This document shows positions 40,554 to 50,289 of a stretch of DNA of 64,000 nucleotides, piece after piece. The notes beneath the pieces were generated by a model. It made no database searches. It was not told the origin of the DNA and was given only the letters and a program-made list of their open reading frames with translations. The translations under genes were made by a program, and so were the position numbers. Source of the DNA: an uncultured virus (IMG/VR IMGVR_UViG_3300025072_000003) (Duplodnaviria; Heunggongvirae; Uroviricota; Caudoviricetes); the IMG/VR virus record IMGVR_UViG_3300025072_000003. The stretch is one strand, 5' to 3'. Each line of letters begins with the position of its first letter. Position 1 is the stretch's first letter.

Positions 40554-41026
40554 TAAATTGCCCTTTTTGCAAGCATGTTTTTGTATTCTTCATCCCACTC
40601 GTACACTTCCGATTCATCAACTGGTCGCCCATACGCAGCAAACAAGCCTTTCAATCGTCTGTTCAACATTCCACTGATACGTCGCACCTCAGTAATTGTA
40701 CGTTCGCCATCGCAGTGTAGGGCTTCTGGCTCCAAATCGGAGTACACACACAAGATTGCTTTAAGGATATGAACCTCTGCCTGATCTTGGAAGATGTTTG
40801 CTTCAATCTTCTGCGGTTTCCGTTCGATTACTGATCCGTCTGCACTTTCTAGCAAATTGTATGGGACGGTAAATACTGTGCCAGCAGAATGGGAGTTGTA
40901 TTGTGCAGTCAGTTCAACCTTTGCCTTTCTGGGATTAAGCTTTATAATCACCCCTCTTGCAGTTGCTCCATTTGTACGACCGAAAGTAACTGGCTGTTTA
41001 ATCTTGAAGTTTTCACGAGTTGACAT
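40553..41026 (-). CDS. hypothetical protein
   Basis: GAGGA RBS; SH3-like N-terminus; DLEPEALHCDGE. Confidence 0.8.
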   Translation of the reverse strand: MSTRENFKIKQPVTFGRTNGATARGVIIKLNPRKAKVELTAQYNSHSAGTVFTVPYNLLESADGSVIERKPQKIEANIFQDQAEVHILKAILCVYSDLEPEALHCDGERTITEVRRISGMLNRRLKGLFAAYGRPVDESEVYEWDEEYKNMLAKRAI

Positions 41027-41077
41027 TGTGTTTCCTCTGTTGGGGTTAGTTGGTTATGATTGTAGGTTGATTGAGAA

Positions 41078-41407
41078 TTAGTTTTCTGACAACTGTTTTT
41101 CCCAAAAAGCAAAACCGCCGTCTGTGTAAGGGTCAGCACTTACTTCATCCGTACTAACAACTACTCCATTCTCGAACATAAGATCACGAACAGCCTCTTC
41201 TAGCTCAGTTGCATCAGCAAACCTTGGCGTATTCCCTTCCCATTCCCCTGATTTCTGGGAGTCATTTTGCAATGTAACTCGATATGCCCACCCTTCTGGT
41301 TCGCATTGATTATCCCAGTAAATTTCTGCTTTTGTTGGCAAATCCTTTTTGTCAAGTGATTGGAATGTTAAATTAACTATGTTCAACGCTTTTAGGCATG
41401 GGTTCAT
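41078..41407 (-). CDS. hypothetical protein, stop inside element
   Basis: Ends LSEN*. Confidence 0.7.
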   Translation of the reverse strand: MNPCLKALNIVNLTFQSLDKKDLPTKAEIYWDNQCEPEGWAYRVTLQNDSQKSGEWEGNTPRFADATELEEAVRDLMFENGVVVSTDEVSADPYTDGGFAFWEKQLSEN

Positions 41408-41844
41408 TTATTTTTCCATTCGTGCGAAAGAAGTCTCTGTACGTCACGGAAAGAGTGACCATCACAAATCAATCTGCCGATCTGTTCAACATATTTTGAA
41501 ACCTCCTCTTGAGGAAGTGGTTCATAAGGTCTAGGAACAGAAGACCTCAACTCTTCGTCGCTATACTTGCCACTGTCTCGCTCGCTACGAGACAATGTTT
41601 CACTAAGGTAAGACGTTTGCTCTCGCTCATAAAAGCCAACATCGCCTTCACCATCGCAGGAATCAATGCAATAATGTTTCCCATCGACAATTAAGCCTTT
41701 ACAGCCACAACTCCTACTTGCTGGTTTTTCTGAATCGTAAAATTTGAAATCTCCCATTCCTGGTGTGCATTCACTTATTTTGCACCCAAAATCCATCCTC
41801 AAATAAATTCCCATTCCTTGAATTTCACTAAGAGCATTCGACAA
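41404..41844 (-). CDS. hypothetical protein
   Basis: Coupled to 41078..41407. Confidence 0.7.
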   Translation of the reverse strand: MSNALSEIQGMGIYLRMDFGCKISECTPGMGDFKFYDSEKPASRSCGCKGLIVDGKHYCIDSCDGEGDVGFYEREQTSYLSETLSRSERDSGKYSDEELRSSVPRPYEPLPQEEVSKYVEQIGRLICDGHSFRDVQRLLSHEWKNK

Positions 41845-42080
41845 ACTATAACAGAAACAGCTTCTTTCTTTCCTTTTGAACCAAAGAAGCTTCCAAGCAA
41901 TGTTCCAGCTACTCGCCTTCCCTCATACTCTTCGTCCATAGCAAAAGCTTGCCAAGGAAAATCTTCAGTGTTGGTGTTTTTGAACTTTCTGATATATCCA
42001 ATAACGGAATCGCCATACTTGACAATCGAAGCGGTTTCTCTTGAAGAACTAGGAACTTTCTCAACTGTAATCATTGCCAT
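41799..42080 (-). CDS. hypothetical protein
   Basis: GGAGA RBS after element 42114. Confidence 0.7.
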   Translation of the reverse strand: MAMITVEKVPSSSRETASIVKYGDSVIGYIRKFKNTNTEDFPWQAFAMDEEYEGRRVAGTLLGSFFGSKGKKEAVSVIVCRMLLVKFKEWEFI

Positions 42081-42124
42081 ATCTCCTGGGAATGCTTTGG
42101 TTATGATTGTATGTTGATTGAGAA

Positions 42125-43126
42125 TTAGTTTTCTGACAAATATTTTTCATCAATCTCTGGTGGATCTGCAATATAAATGCTGTTTTTGAAATAACTTCTA
42201 ACAGTTTGCACTTTTCCGTATGGAGTAAAACACAATTCGCCTTTATAGTCGAACACACGATGAATCCCAACCTTGTCAACATCCAAAAAGTTTCCGTTGA
42301 CAATCTCTTTGTCGAACTTATCATAGACAGGGGTGCGTCCACTGAACTGCCCAACTAAATTTGTCCAATCTTGAATTTCCGTGACAATTGTGCCATCTTC
42401 AACATCATGAGATTTCCCGCCAAACAATCTTGTCATTCTCGCGTCGTATTTGCTGATCGTTTTTTCATACACAGCGCCTTCTGCATTTTTCTGCTTTCCA
42501 TAAACCCAAAGAGTGTAACACTCAATGGAGAGAGGCAAGGCTCCTACGACCTTAGCCGATTCCTGCAACGCTTCTTCTAAACTGTTTAAATATAATATTC
42601 TTGTGCTTGGTCTTGAATAACCAACCTCTTCTTCTATTTCTTTTTTTAATTCTTCATCAAAATTCTTAATGAATTCGTCCAATTCTTTTTGTGGACCATC
42701 CCAAATCTCTTCTGGGATTTCTTTGCTTTCGCCTATTCTTTCCGCAACCCTTTCGTACTCTTTCTCGTTTTCAAAAAGGTGGTTCCACTGTCTTTTAGTT
42801 AAATAGAATGTGCATCGTTTGTCATCTTCATCCATAGCATCAATCACAACACTGTACCTTGTGTCAGCACTAGGATCGAAATCCGTCATTGCTTCAAGTT
42901 TTTGTGGACCAAAACCCTGGTTTGGAGCATGTTCAGATTGATCATCGTTCAACTTGGCATTGTCCGGCGCATGTTGGTAGCATCGTTCATGCCATGCTTT
43001 CACGCTGTTGTGATCTTCCGATCCACCATAACCATCATATTCTTGTACGTTTCCGTTCAATCTTACAAGTTCTCTCTCGCACAATTCGTGACCACAACCC
43101 TTGCAGATGTATGAAGACATTCCCAT
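42125..43126 (-). CDS. hypothetical protein, 333 aa, stop inside element
   Basis: AGGA RBS; N-terminal CKGC...HERC; ends LSEN*. Confidence 0.85.
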   Translation of the reverse strand: MGMSSYICKGCGHELCERELVRLNGNVQEYDGYGGSEDHNSVKAWHERCYQHAPDNAKLNDDQSEHAPNQGFGPQKLEAMTDFDPSADTRYSVVIDAMDEDDKRCTFYLTKRQWNHLFENEKEYERVAERIGESKEIPEEIWDGPQKELDEFIKNFDEELKKEIEEEVGYSRPSTRILYLNSLEEALQESAKVVGALPLSIECYTLWVYGKQKNAEGAVYEKTISKYDARMTRLFGGKSHDVEDGTIVTEIQDWTNLVGQFSGRTPVYDKFDKEIVNGNFLDVDKVGIHRVFDYKGELCFTPYGKVQTVRSYFKNSIYIADPPEIDEKYLSEN

Positions 43127-43144
43127 TTTATGTTTCCTTAATTA

Positions 43145-43486
43145 TTAAAGGTAAGCCGCGCCATAGCTTGACATTCGACCAACACCATTAGATTCATCAA
43201 ATACGTTTCCTCTTGCATGTTTCGCTGGAGCTTTCCACGATGCAGCCTTAAAAATGTCGCCTTGCTTAAAAGATCCCAAGTTTTTGTTTTTGCCATCTGC
43301 CAGTGCAATAAAGCAATACACAGAACTTCCAAAACTGCCGACACGCATGCCGATTCTCAAAAACTTTCTCCCCCCTGCACGACTTAACTTTGGGACTCCA
43401 ATTGATGGGTAATTTTTTTCGTGATGTTCATCAATCAATTCTTGACACAACTCCATGAATTTGTCAATAGCTGGTTCAATTTCCAT
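43145..43486 (-). CDS. conserved-looking phage hypothetical protein
   Basis: SVYCFI...GDIFKAASWKAPAKHARGNVF motif; GGAGA RBS. Confidence 0.8.
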   Translation of the reverse strand: MEIEPAIDKFMELCQELIDEHHEKNYPSIGVPKLSRAGGRKFLRIGMRVGSFGSSVYCFIALADGKNKNLGSFKQGDIFKAASWKAPAKHARGNVFDESNGVGRMSSYGAAYL

Positions 43487-43512
43487 TTTTCAAGTCTCCT
43501 GATTGTGTGGGG

Positions 43513-43764
43513 TTATCCAGATATGCTGATCACGCCATGATTAGTATTGATCTCTGGCAAATACTCTTCGCCAAATGAATCTGCGAAGTCTGCCTCAAAA
43601 TCTTCGCATGTATCCCAGGCAAATCCATCATCGCCCATCGAAGTTGTGGTAAAGCATGGTCCACCCTTTGACGAACCAGTAGCAATCTCTCTTGCTTCCT
43701 TTGCATCATTGCCAGTTAGATACAGCACTTCAATGGGTTTCATTCTAATTGTAGTAATCATCAT
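43513..43764 (-). CDS. hypothetical protein
   Basis: GGAGA RBS after element 43799. Confidence 0.7.
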   Translation of the reverse strand: MMITTIRMKPIEVLYLTGNDAKEAREIATGSSKGGPCFTTTSMGDDGFAWDTCEDFEADFADSFGEEYLPEINTNHGVISISG

Positions 43765-44323
43765 TTGTCTCCTGTTTTCTGTTGGCTATAACAGGAGGTT
43801 GATTGAGAATTGATTATCTGACAAAGATTATGAATTATAATGCAGAATCAAAAGAATTAACGTCCCAGCAATGCATAGTGCATATTCAATACGATTACCA
43901 TGTGGGGGGGGACATAGCGATCTCGATTCTTTCTAGTTCCTGGGAATTCTTGACTTTCGTAATTTGTTGTCAGTCCAATTTGATTTAGCTTATCATTTTG
44001 AACATTCTTCCACACATTGCCAGTATTTGTTGGCAAATCTTCTGGTGTCCAAGTTGGAGGATCATTTTGTTTAGGCTCCCAATCTTTCAAAGATTGAAGA
44101 CAACCATCTACAAATGTACTGCAACTATTAATTGCAAAAAGCACTCCAAGCAACAACGCATTAAACATAAGTTTCTCCTAATTATTATTATTTAACTCGA
44201 AACACATCCATATTCTCGTTTGAACCACATATAAGCCACTCTTCATCAACCGAAGTTATGCCATCAAAGTGTCCGTTTTCATTGTACACAAACTCATATG
44301 TCTAACGAGCAAAACCATATTTT

Positions 44324-44623
44324 CTATCCTTTGTCCATATCTTGACCACAACTTCGGCATGTGCAAGTGGATGTTTTACCACACACACAAACTGGATCTG
44401 GCTGTTCTTTATTCTTCGCAATAAATGGTTTCATTTTTTCAGGAATATCAATTGCAACCGTCAGCGTAATGCATTTATGACACACACAGCACACCAGTGT
44501 GGTTCTACCAGTGCCAAGACAATCGGTTACGTCTTCGCCCTCAAACTCCAACCACGAATTACAATGTGGGCAATGCTTAGTTGCCGTTGGACAATCTTTA
44601 ATTACTCTCATTTGATTCCTCAA
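44324..44623 (-). CDS. Cys-rich Zn-finger protein
   Basis: CPHC, CCVC, CVC...CTCRSC. Confidence 0.65.
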   Translation of the reverse strand: MRNQMRVIKDCPTATKHCPHCNSWLEFEGEDVTDCLGTGRTTLVCCVCHKCITLTVAIDIPEKMKPFIAKNKEQPDPVCVCGKTSTCTCRSCGQDMDKG

Positions 44624-44820
44624 TTTCTATTTCATTTACTGGCAACCATCCAAACCAATCAGTCTTTACAGAACGACAAAGCAAACTAAGGGTTCCCATG
44701 CAAGTTGGTCTGCCTTCCTCTTTCACAATAAATTCTGGTCCGTGTTGCCGAACTCTTTCTTTCGTTCTCTTGGTTGACTTTCCGCCTCCCAAGACTTTAA
44801 TGTTAAAAGTTTTCATAGTT

Positions 44821-45054
44821 TTATTCTGGAATTGGTCTAATGCCTTGCGACCATTCTTCATCGTTAGCCCAATCTTCCACATGATCAACAGCATCCGTGG
44901 CAATGCCATGTGCTTCGATCCATTCTTTGAAATCTTCTGCTAATTTCTTGCGGGCGGAGAACATGTCATCAACCCGTACCTGCATCCATTCAACTGGCTT
45001 GTCTTCAACAGTCTTCTTGCCTTTTGGCAAAAGTTTTGGCTTTTTCTTCAACAT
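44821..45054 (-). CDS. hypothetical protein
   Basis: Downstream of tRNA-Arg, in the same unit. Confidence 0.6.
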   Translation of the reverse strand: MLKKKPKLLPKGKKTVEDKPVEWMQVRVDDMFSARKKLAEDFKEWIEAHGIATDAVDHVEDWANDEEWSQGIRPIPE

Positions 45055-45085
45055 AATTTTCTACTAAGCCTATATCTTTGGTAAG

Positions 45086-45159
45086 CGCCCCTGTCAGGAC
45101 TCGAACCTGAAACCTATTGATTAGAAGTCAATTGCTCTTTCCAATTGAGCTACAGGGGC
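45086..45159 (-). tRNA. tRNA-Arg (TCT)
   Basis: GCCCCTG/CAGGGGC acceptor; D arm GCTC-AATTGGAAA-GAGC; anticodon ATTGA-CTTCTAA-TCAAT; T arm TCAGG-TTCGAGT-CCTGA. Confidence 0.95.
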
Positions 45160-45231
45160 AAATTAGAGGGGAAGCCCCTCAAGTTGTTATGTTTGTAGGT
45201 TGATTGAGAATTGATTATCTGACAAACAATC

Positions 45232-46620
45232 TTACAAATATCTTGATAAACTCAACCCTTCTGCTGCGCACCATTTATTGATAGCTCTGTATTCAAATGG
45301 CATAGGCATTGCGTTGCATTGACCACGAGCCTCAATAATTGTGCGAGACTTAACCTCTATCTGTATTGTAACCATCTTTTTAGTCGCCAATGGATGCCCA
45401 ATACTGAGTGAGTAAATGGCATTTGCTCCTGAACTACACGAACCAGAATAACTCCCCACACAATGTCGCAAGGATTTCCCTTCTGCCATCAATTCTTTGG
45501 TGGAAAGCAATTCTTTAATTACACATTGCTTTTCATCATTTTTGCCTTCCAAAAAGTCTATGCCTCGGATGCCACAACTTGACCAATTCAAATCTCCTGT
45601 ACGTTTAATTTTGGCTTGTCGTCCAAGTTCAACATGCCAATCTTCAACTCTTTGAAGCAATGTATCGACAGTTCTGCCCTTCATGCAGAAATTTGGCTGT
45701 TCTGCTCGTTGATTTAATATGTAATCAACTATTGGACCATAATGGATTGTGTCCAACATTGGATTCGCTATGAAGAAGCGTATCACGGTTGCCCAAAAGT
45801 CTTCATTTACCTCACCTTGAAACAGTCCAACGCGAGTAGCCAACAGACCTCTTGCGCACCGATCATTGCCATCTAACCCAAGGACTTGTGCATATCTCAA
45901 AGCGCCACTTATGGTTAAATCATTTGGTGATTCCAAAAATAAGTGAGCCATTCTCTTTGTTAATTTTATTGGAAGACGACTTTGCTTACGAATGTTCTCG
46001 CCCTGCGAAAGATTTACGAACCACTCTTTGTGAATAGAAGTGTTTTTGTCGTGATCATACTCAAACCACGCAGAATCCATAAATGATGGAATTTCGTACT
46101 TTGATAGAAGATGCCTAACCAAAGATCCAAACTGACGGTCTACATTTTTTGATGCACACTTCCAACCCTTTGGTGGATTTACCCACATCCAATGCCATTC
46201 AGATATGGCAAACAACGCATCTACATAATTATTTCTACGAAAATTATTATTTCTGTGATCGCTTGGATGACGATTCACATCTAAAAGCTTAGTTTTTTCA
46301 ACAGCAAGCAACAACTCTAGAAATGCCTGCCTTCGATCTTTGTGCGGATCTATGTGCTTATACAGAGAATGCTGAGCCACCCTGCCCAAAAGAACCTTCA
46401 ATTTAGTTGATAGACCACATCCACCGAATTCGCCATTGAAAGCATTTTCTATTGTTGCACAAATTCCACGAGATTTTCTACGTTTGGCAACTTTGTCTGC
46501 GTTAATGGCGTCATAAAATTGACGCTGCTTTCTGGCAACTTTGAGTCGTCGAATATCAGCCTTTCTCTCAATGAGGCTTTCTTTTTTCTTGTCAACCTTC
46601 TTTTTCGACATCTCCAACAC
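45232..46620 (-). CDS. PcfJ-like domain protein
   Basis: C-terminal ELMAEGKSLRHCVGSY...IYSL...TIQI...IIEARGQCN is the PcfJ signature. Confidence 0.8.
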   Translation of the reverse strand: MLEMSKKKVDKKKESLIERKADIRRLKVARKQRQFYDAINADKVAKRRKSRGICATIENAFNGEFGGCGLSTKLKVLLGRVAQHSLYKHIDPHKDRRQAFLELLLAVEKTKLLDVNRHPSDHRNNNFRRNNYVDALFAISEWHWMWVNPPKGWKCASKNVDRQFGSLVRHLLSKYEIPSFMDSAWFEYDHDKNTSIHKEWFVNLSQGENIRKQSRLPIKLTKRMAHLFLESPNDLTISGALRYAQVLGLDGNDRCARGLLATRVGLFQGEVNEDFWATVIRFFIANPMLDTIHYGPIVDYILNQRAEQPNFCMKGRTVDTLLQRVEDWHVELGRQAKIKRTGDLNWSSCGIRGIDFLEGKNDEKQCVIKELLSTKELMAEGKSLRHCVGSYSGSCSSGANAIYSLSIGHPLATKKMVTIQIEVKSRTIIEARGQCNAMPMPFEYRAINKWCAAEGLSLSRYL

Positions 46621-46969
46621 CTCGATTCAAAAACTCTTCACGTATTTTGTTCATAAACGGATCTTCTGAATTGTCGTCCAAAAACTTTCGAAAATTGCCA
46701 AGGTACTCACGGCAAGCTTTTGCAACATCAGCGTTTGAATCTGCTTGTTTGTACGCATCATTAAATTTCATCCACGCCAGCGTTAGAGAGAAATCGACTT
46801 CGTTCAGCACCTTTTGTCTTGCTTCAAGTGCTTCAATCTTATCGACACATAGTTCTGCAATGCCAATTGTGCTTTGATCCTCCAAGCCTGCAATTTCATC
46901 TGCCAACTCTAAAATTCGATCTTGTCGAATCTCTGCCAATATCAGTTCGCCAAATTCTTTACTTACCAT
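46592..46969 (-). CDS. hypothetical protein
   Basis: 125 aa helical ORF upstream of the PcfJ-like gene. Confidence 0.7.
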   Translation of the reverse strand: MVSKEFGELILAEIRQDRILELADEIAGLEDQSTIGIAELCVDKIEALEARQKVLNEVDFSLTLAWMKFNDAYKQADSNADVAKACREYLGNFRKFLDDNSEDPFMNKIREEFLNRGVGDVEKEG

Positions 46970-47040
46970 TTTTGACTTTCTAATTAAAATTAAACCGCCC
47001 CTCCCTACTCCACTGTTTCGGGAGGGGCGACCTCCGTGAA

Positions 47041-47334
47041 TTACACGATAGGGGCGTTTTTATTTTTCAAGCTATGCTCAAGAATGGATTCGTATGCATC
47101 AAAAACATTGTCACTGTCTTTAATTACTTCGACTCCGCACAATGATCTAAAGCCACTGACTTCAAAATCTACAATGCCATTTGTAACATCATTTGTATTG
47201 GCAATTGCATACCCAAGAGGTTCCAAAACTTCATTCAGTTCTGCAACATCACCATCTGCAAGTGCCTTTTTCAATTTAGGGCTTGCATTGTGTGTTAGGT
47301 TGTTAAATCGAATCGTCCGTAAATCCCAAACCAT
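47041..47334 (-). CDS. hypothetical protein
   Basis: AGGA RBS; followed by a GC hairpin at ~46995-47030. Confidence 0.7.
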   Translation of the reverse strand: MVWDLRTIRFNNLTHNASPKLKKALADGDVAELNEVLEPLGYAIANTNDVTNGIVDFEVSGFRSLCGVEVIKDSDNVFDAYESILEHSLKNKNAPIV

Positions 47335-47589
47335 CTTTTATATTCCTTTTGAAAACTTTATTTAACTCATTACTTTTCTGTTGAAACTATCCTTGAATCT
47401 ATCAATTGCATCAACCAATGCAAGAGTCGCCAAGGCTTGTGATCCTATGGCTGCAACTTTCGCCCTGGCAATCGCTTGGTCGGTATGATCTGTGTGGCGT
47501 GTATCTGTATGTTTCCCTGCCTCTTCAGCCAAGGCTTGTGATCTATTGTAGTTTTTATAACCTGTCATTTCAATTCCTATAAAGACTTT

Positions 47590-47979
47590 CTATGCCACTA
47601 ATTCATGGCATGCTTGCGACAATTCCCCAAACTCTGGGGAGTTAATTCCAACGAATGACCTCAAAAAGTAAACAACAGCATCGGGCGTATAATTTTTACC
47701 ATTACTCATACCATGCTTCACAACATCCCCAGCCCATCGCTGCACACCCTCATAGCTAACATCCGTCAACTTTACTGGAGGACTGCCAGAAGGCGTAATA
47801 ATTGGTGCAAGACCATTCCTGTAGAGCGTCTTTTGTTCTGTTTCTTTAGGCTTATTGACCTGAATAGGTTTAGTCACTTCAACTTTAGCCTTTTTTGCAA
47901 AAACATATCCACATTCACACTTTGCTCGCACATGAATCAATTTGCCACAATTACATTTTCTGTATCCCTGTCCAGCCAT
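47590..47979 (-). CDS. hypothetical protein with N-terminal Zn-ribbon
   Basis: CNCG...CECG; AGGA RBS after element 48012. Confidence 0.75.
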   Translation of the reverse strand: MAGQGYRKCNCGKLIHVRAKCECGYVFAKKAKVEVTKPIQVNKPKETEQKTLYRNGLAPIITPSGSPPVKLTDVSYEGVQRWAGDVVKHGMSNGKNYTPDAVVYFLRSFVGINSPEFGELSQACHELVA

Positions 47980-48037
47980 TGTTTTTGTTTCCTTTGTGTT
48001 ATGCTTGTAGGTTGCCCGAGATTGAACTTTCTGACAA

Positions 48038-48571
48038 CTATTTCACAACTTCCAATTCATCAACTTTGCAATCATAACTTTGAGAACCAAAATGAACGTA
48101 ATAACAGTCTTCGTCTCCCTTTGCCTCTCCGCTTGCAAAGTCTTCGCTTCTTCCTCTCACAATTCCTTCTGAACCAGCAGGGACCACTTCGCATCCATCA
48201 TCAATTCCATTCTCGGCATCGTCGCTTTTCAGTTCAACCAACGCTCGCACTTTGTCGCCTGCCTTAATTGGTTGGCACTCATATCCTTCAATTGAAATTT
48301 GGATATTTTTAACATCCCCATACCTCTCTTCCACAATTTTTTTCAATTCCTCTTTTGTGGGATATTCGCCCTCTACATAGATCAATCCAACATAAGCATA
48401 AACCGATACAACAGATAGATCTACCTTAGGTCCAGCAGGGTATGGAGCATTATAAATCACCCCAATTTCATCACACTTAATTGCCGTGTTCAATTCCTTG
48501 AAAGATTCTTGATGATTGTCAAACTCATGACAATCACCGGCATCAACGATTTTTGGTAGTTTAAATTTCAT
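48038..48571 (-). CDS. hypothetical protein
   Basis: C-terminal SH3-like GDKVRA...EGIV...YYVHF; TAG flush with element. Confidence 0.75.
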   Translation of the reverse strand: MKFKLPKIVDAGDCHEFDNHQESFKELNTAIKCDEIGVIYNAPYPAGPKVDLSVVSVYAYVGLIYVEGEYPTKEELKKIVEERYGDVKNIQISIEGYECQPIKAGDKVRALVELKSDDAENGIDDGCEVVPAGSEGIVRGRSEDFASGEAKGDEDCYYVHFGSQSYDCKVDELEVVK

Positions 48572-48646
48572 TTTAGTATCCTAAATCTGTTAAAATTTCA
48601 TCAATAAGCTGACATTCAGCACGCCTGACGCCAAGCTAGTTTCCAT

Positions 48647-49114
48647 TTATTTCGCATCCCACATTTCCCGCTCTGCTTCATACTGTTCTGCTTCACCTTC
48701 GCCAGTGAACCATCCATTAACTTCGTCACTGAAAATAGCTTTGATCAATGCCTCTGCCACCTGATAGTGACCATGAAACACATCCATTGGAACATCTTCA
48801 AATTCTTCTGGATGAGAACGACTGGATGGGTGGTGCTTGTATCCTGTCAATTGCCATGCAGCAACTTCTCTGTGTTTGGCAATTGACTTAACTGTAGTTT
48901 CACTGAGATCAATTGAGTAGCCACTATTGACAATAACTACTTGTAGGTCTTCAAATCCGCGATTTTCAACTTGTGTAACATAATTGGCATTTGGGAAAAA
49001 AGATTTAAGGCTTTTTTCCAAAAGAGACACCAAAGCATCAACATGCTTTTCGCCAAAAGCAACCTTATCTTCGTGCGACAGTGTAGTTACTGAAAATCGT
49101 CGTTCGTTCATCAT
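48647..49114 (-). CDS. hypothetical protein
   Basis: GGAGA RBS after element 49147. Confidence 0.75.
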   Translation of the reverse strand: MMNERRFSVTTLSHEDKVAFGEKHVDALVSLLEKSLKSFFPNANYVTQVENRGFEDLQVVIVNSGYSIDLSETTVKSIAKHREVAAWQLTGYKHHPSSRSHPEEFEDVPMDVFHGHYQVAEALIKAIFSDEVNGWFTGEGEAEQYEAEREMWDAK

Positions 49115-49992
49115 TGTCTCCTGTTGTGTTGGGTTATACAGGGATGTTGATTGAGAATTGATTATCTGACAACTATTTCATCTTTTTAATCTCATCCAAC
49201 AAAGCATTCTCTTCCTCTTTCAAGACAGCCAATTTCACAGCAATTTCCTTCATTCTTGGATCTGCGTACTCTTTGTCTGTGGGAAGTGTTAAACCACGCT
49301 CAAATATGACTCGCTTGGCAACTTCGTTGGATATAATTGTCATTAAATCTCCCGAATTCCCGAGTATAGTTGTCTAGGGTTTAGAGATGGCCATTTCAAA
49401 CACTCTGAATGCGTGCCTTGGAAAACAACCGCTGGCTCTTTTTCAAGTCTGACAACATAAATTTCATGCGTTTTAAGCCCTCTTAATCTTTCGATCTCCG
49501 CACATAGATCGTAGATTAGACGGTGAGGCTTGTCATTCCATTCGTCTGCTTGTGGTCCAATTCCACTGGGCGCGTTTCGGTAGTCTTCTATGTTAAGCAT
49601 TTTTCTTTTTCCCTTCAACAGATGCCAACAACTTTCTTCGTCTACGCCTACGACAATCATCGTCGTTTGCTAGTTCTGATGACTGACATGCGCCATACAA
49701 AACGACAGCAACGATTAACGAAATAACTATGCCACAAAATATTTCAAATGGAGTCATGTTATCCAATTCCAAATAATGACAAAACGTATAGCCCTATCGA
49801 ACTTACGATAAAGCTTACACAAAAAAGGCTGAAAGCCCACACTATCTTTTCTTTGTTCATAGTTGTATGTTGCCTGAGATTGAGTTATCTGACATAAAAA
49901 CATAAAAAATAACGCCCCGCCAGCACAGAAAAGCCGCTCGTCGCGTTTGAAAAATTTAGAACGAGGCTTTTGTGTACTGACGAGGGCGCTTA

Positions 49993-50289
49993 TTAGTCGT
50001 CAAGCTTGACCACTGATCCGTCTTCTTTGACGTGGTATCTTTTTGATGGGGCGGGATATGTTGGTTTAATTTTTCTGCCATTTAGTCTTTTCATATGCGT
50101 GCAGTTCCTCATGCCTCCAGCTTGCACGTCATAAACTCGTCCTTTGCACTGGAACAAAGATCTTGCCTCACTTGTTGGAGAAGCATTTTTCATTCTGCCT
50201 CCACAATTATCGCACCTATGAATTCCAATTAAACTCAAGAGCCAATTTTTCATTTTAATCCTCTTTTGTGAACACCAAAAATCCACCAT
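49993..50289 (-). CDS. small Cys-containing protein
   Basis: CDNC...C...C; start probably MKNWLL. Confidence 0.6.
   Translation of the reverse strand: MVDFWCSQKRIKMKNWLLSLIGIHRCDNCGGRMKNASPTSEARSLFQCKGRVYDVQAGGMRNCTHMKRLNGRKIKPTYPAPSKRYHVKEDGSVVKLDD

Noticed and set aside
7780..42354. Apparent protein family sharing CQ...SQSIAYC (e.g. 7780, 16537, 19281, 21830, 26454, 28891, 40948, 42061) and + strand ORFs ending LLTEI/LLTEN
   Set aside because: These are translations of the DNA element in its open frame or antisense; they overlap real genes and lack RBSs.
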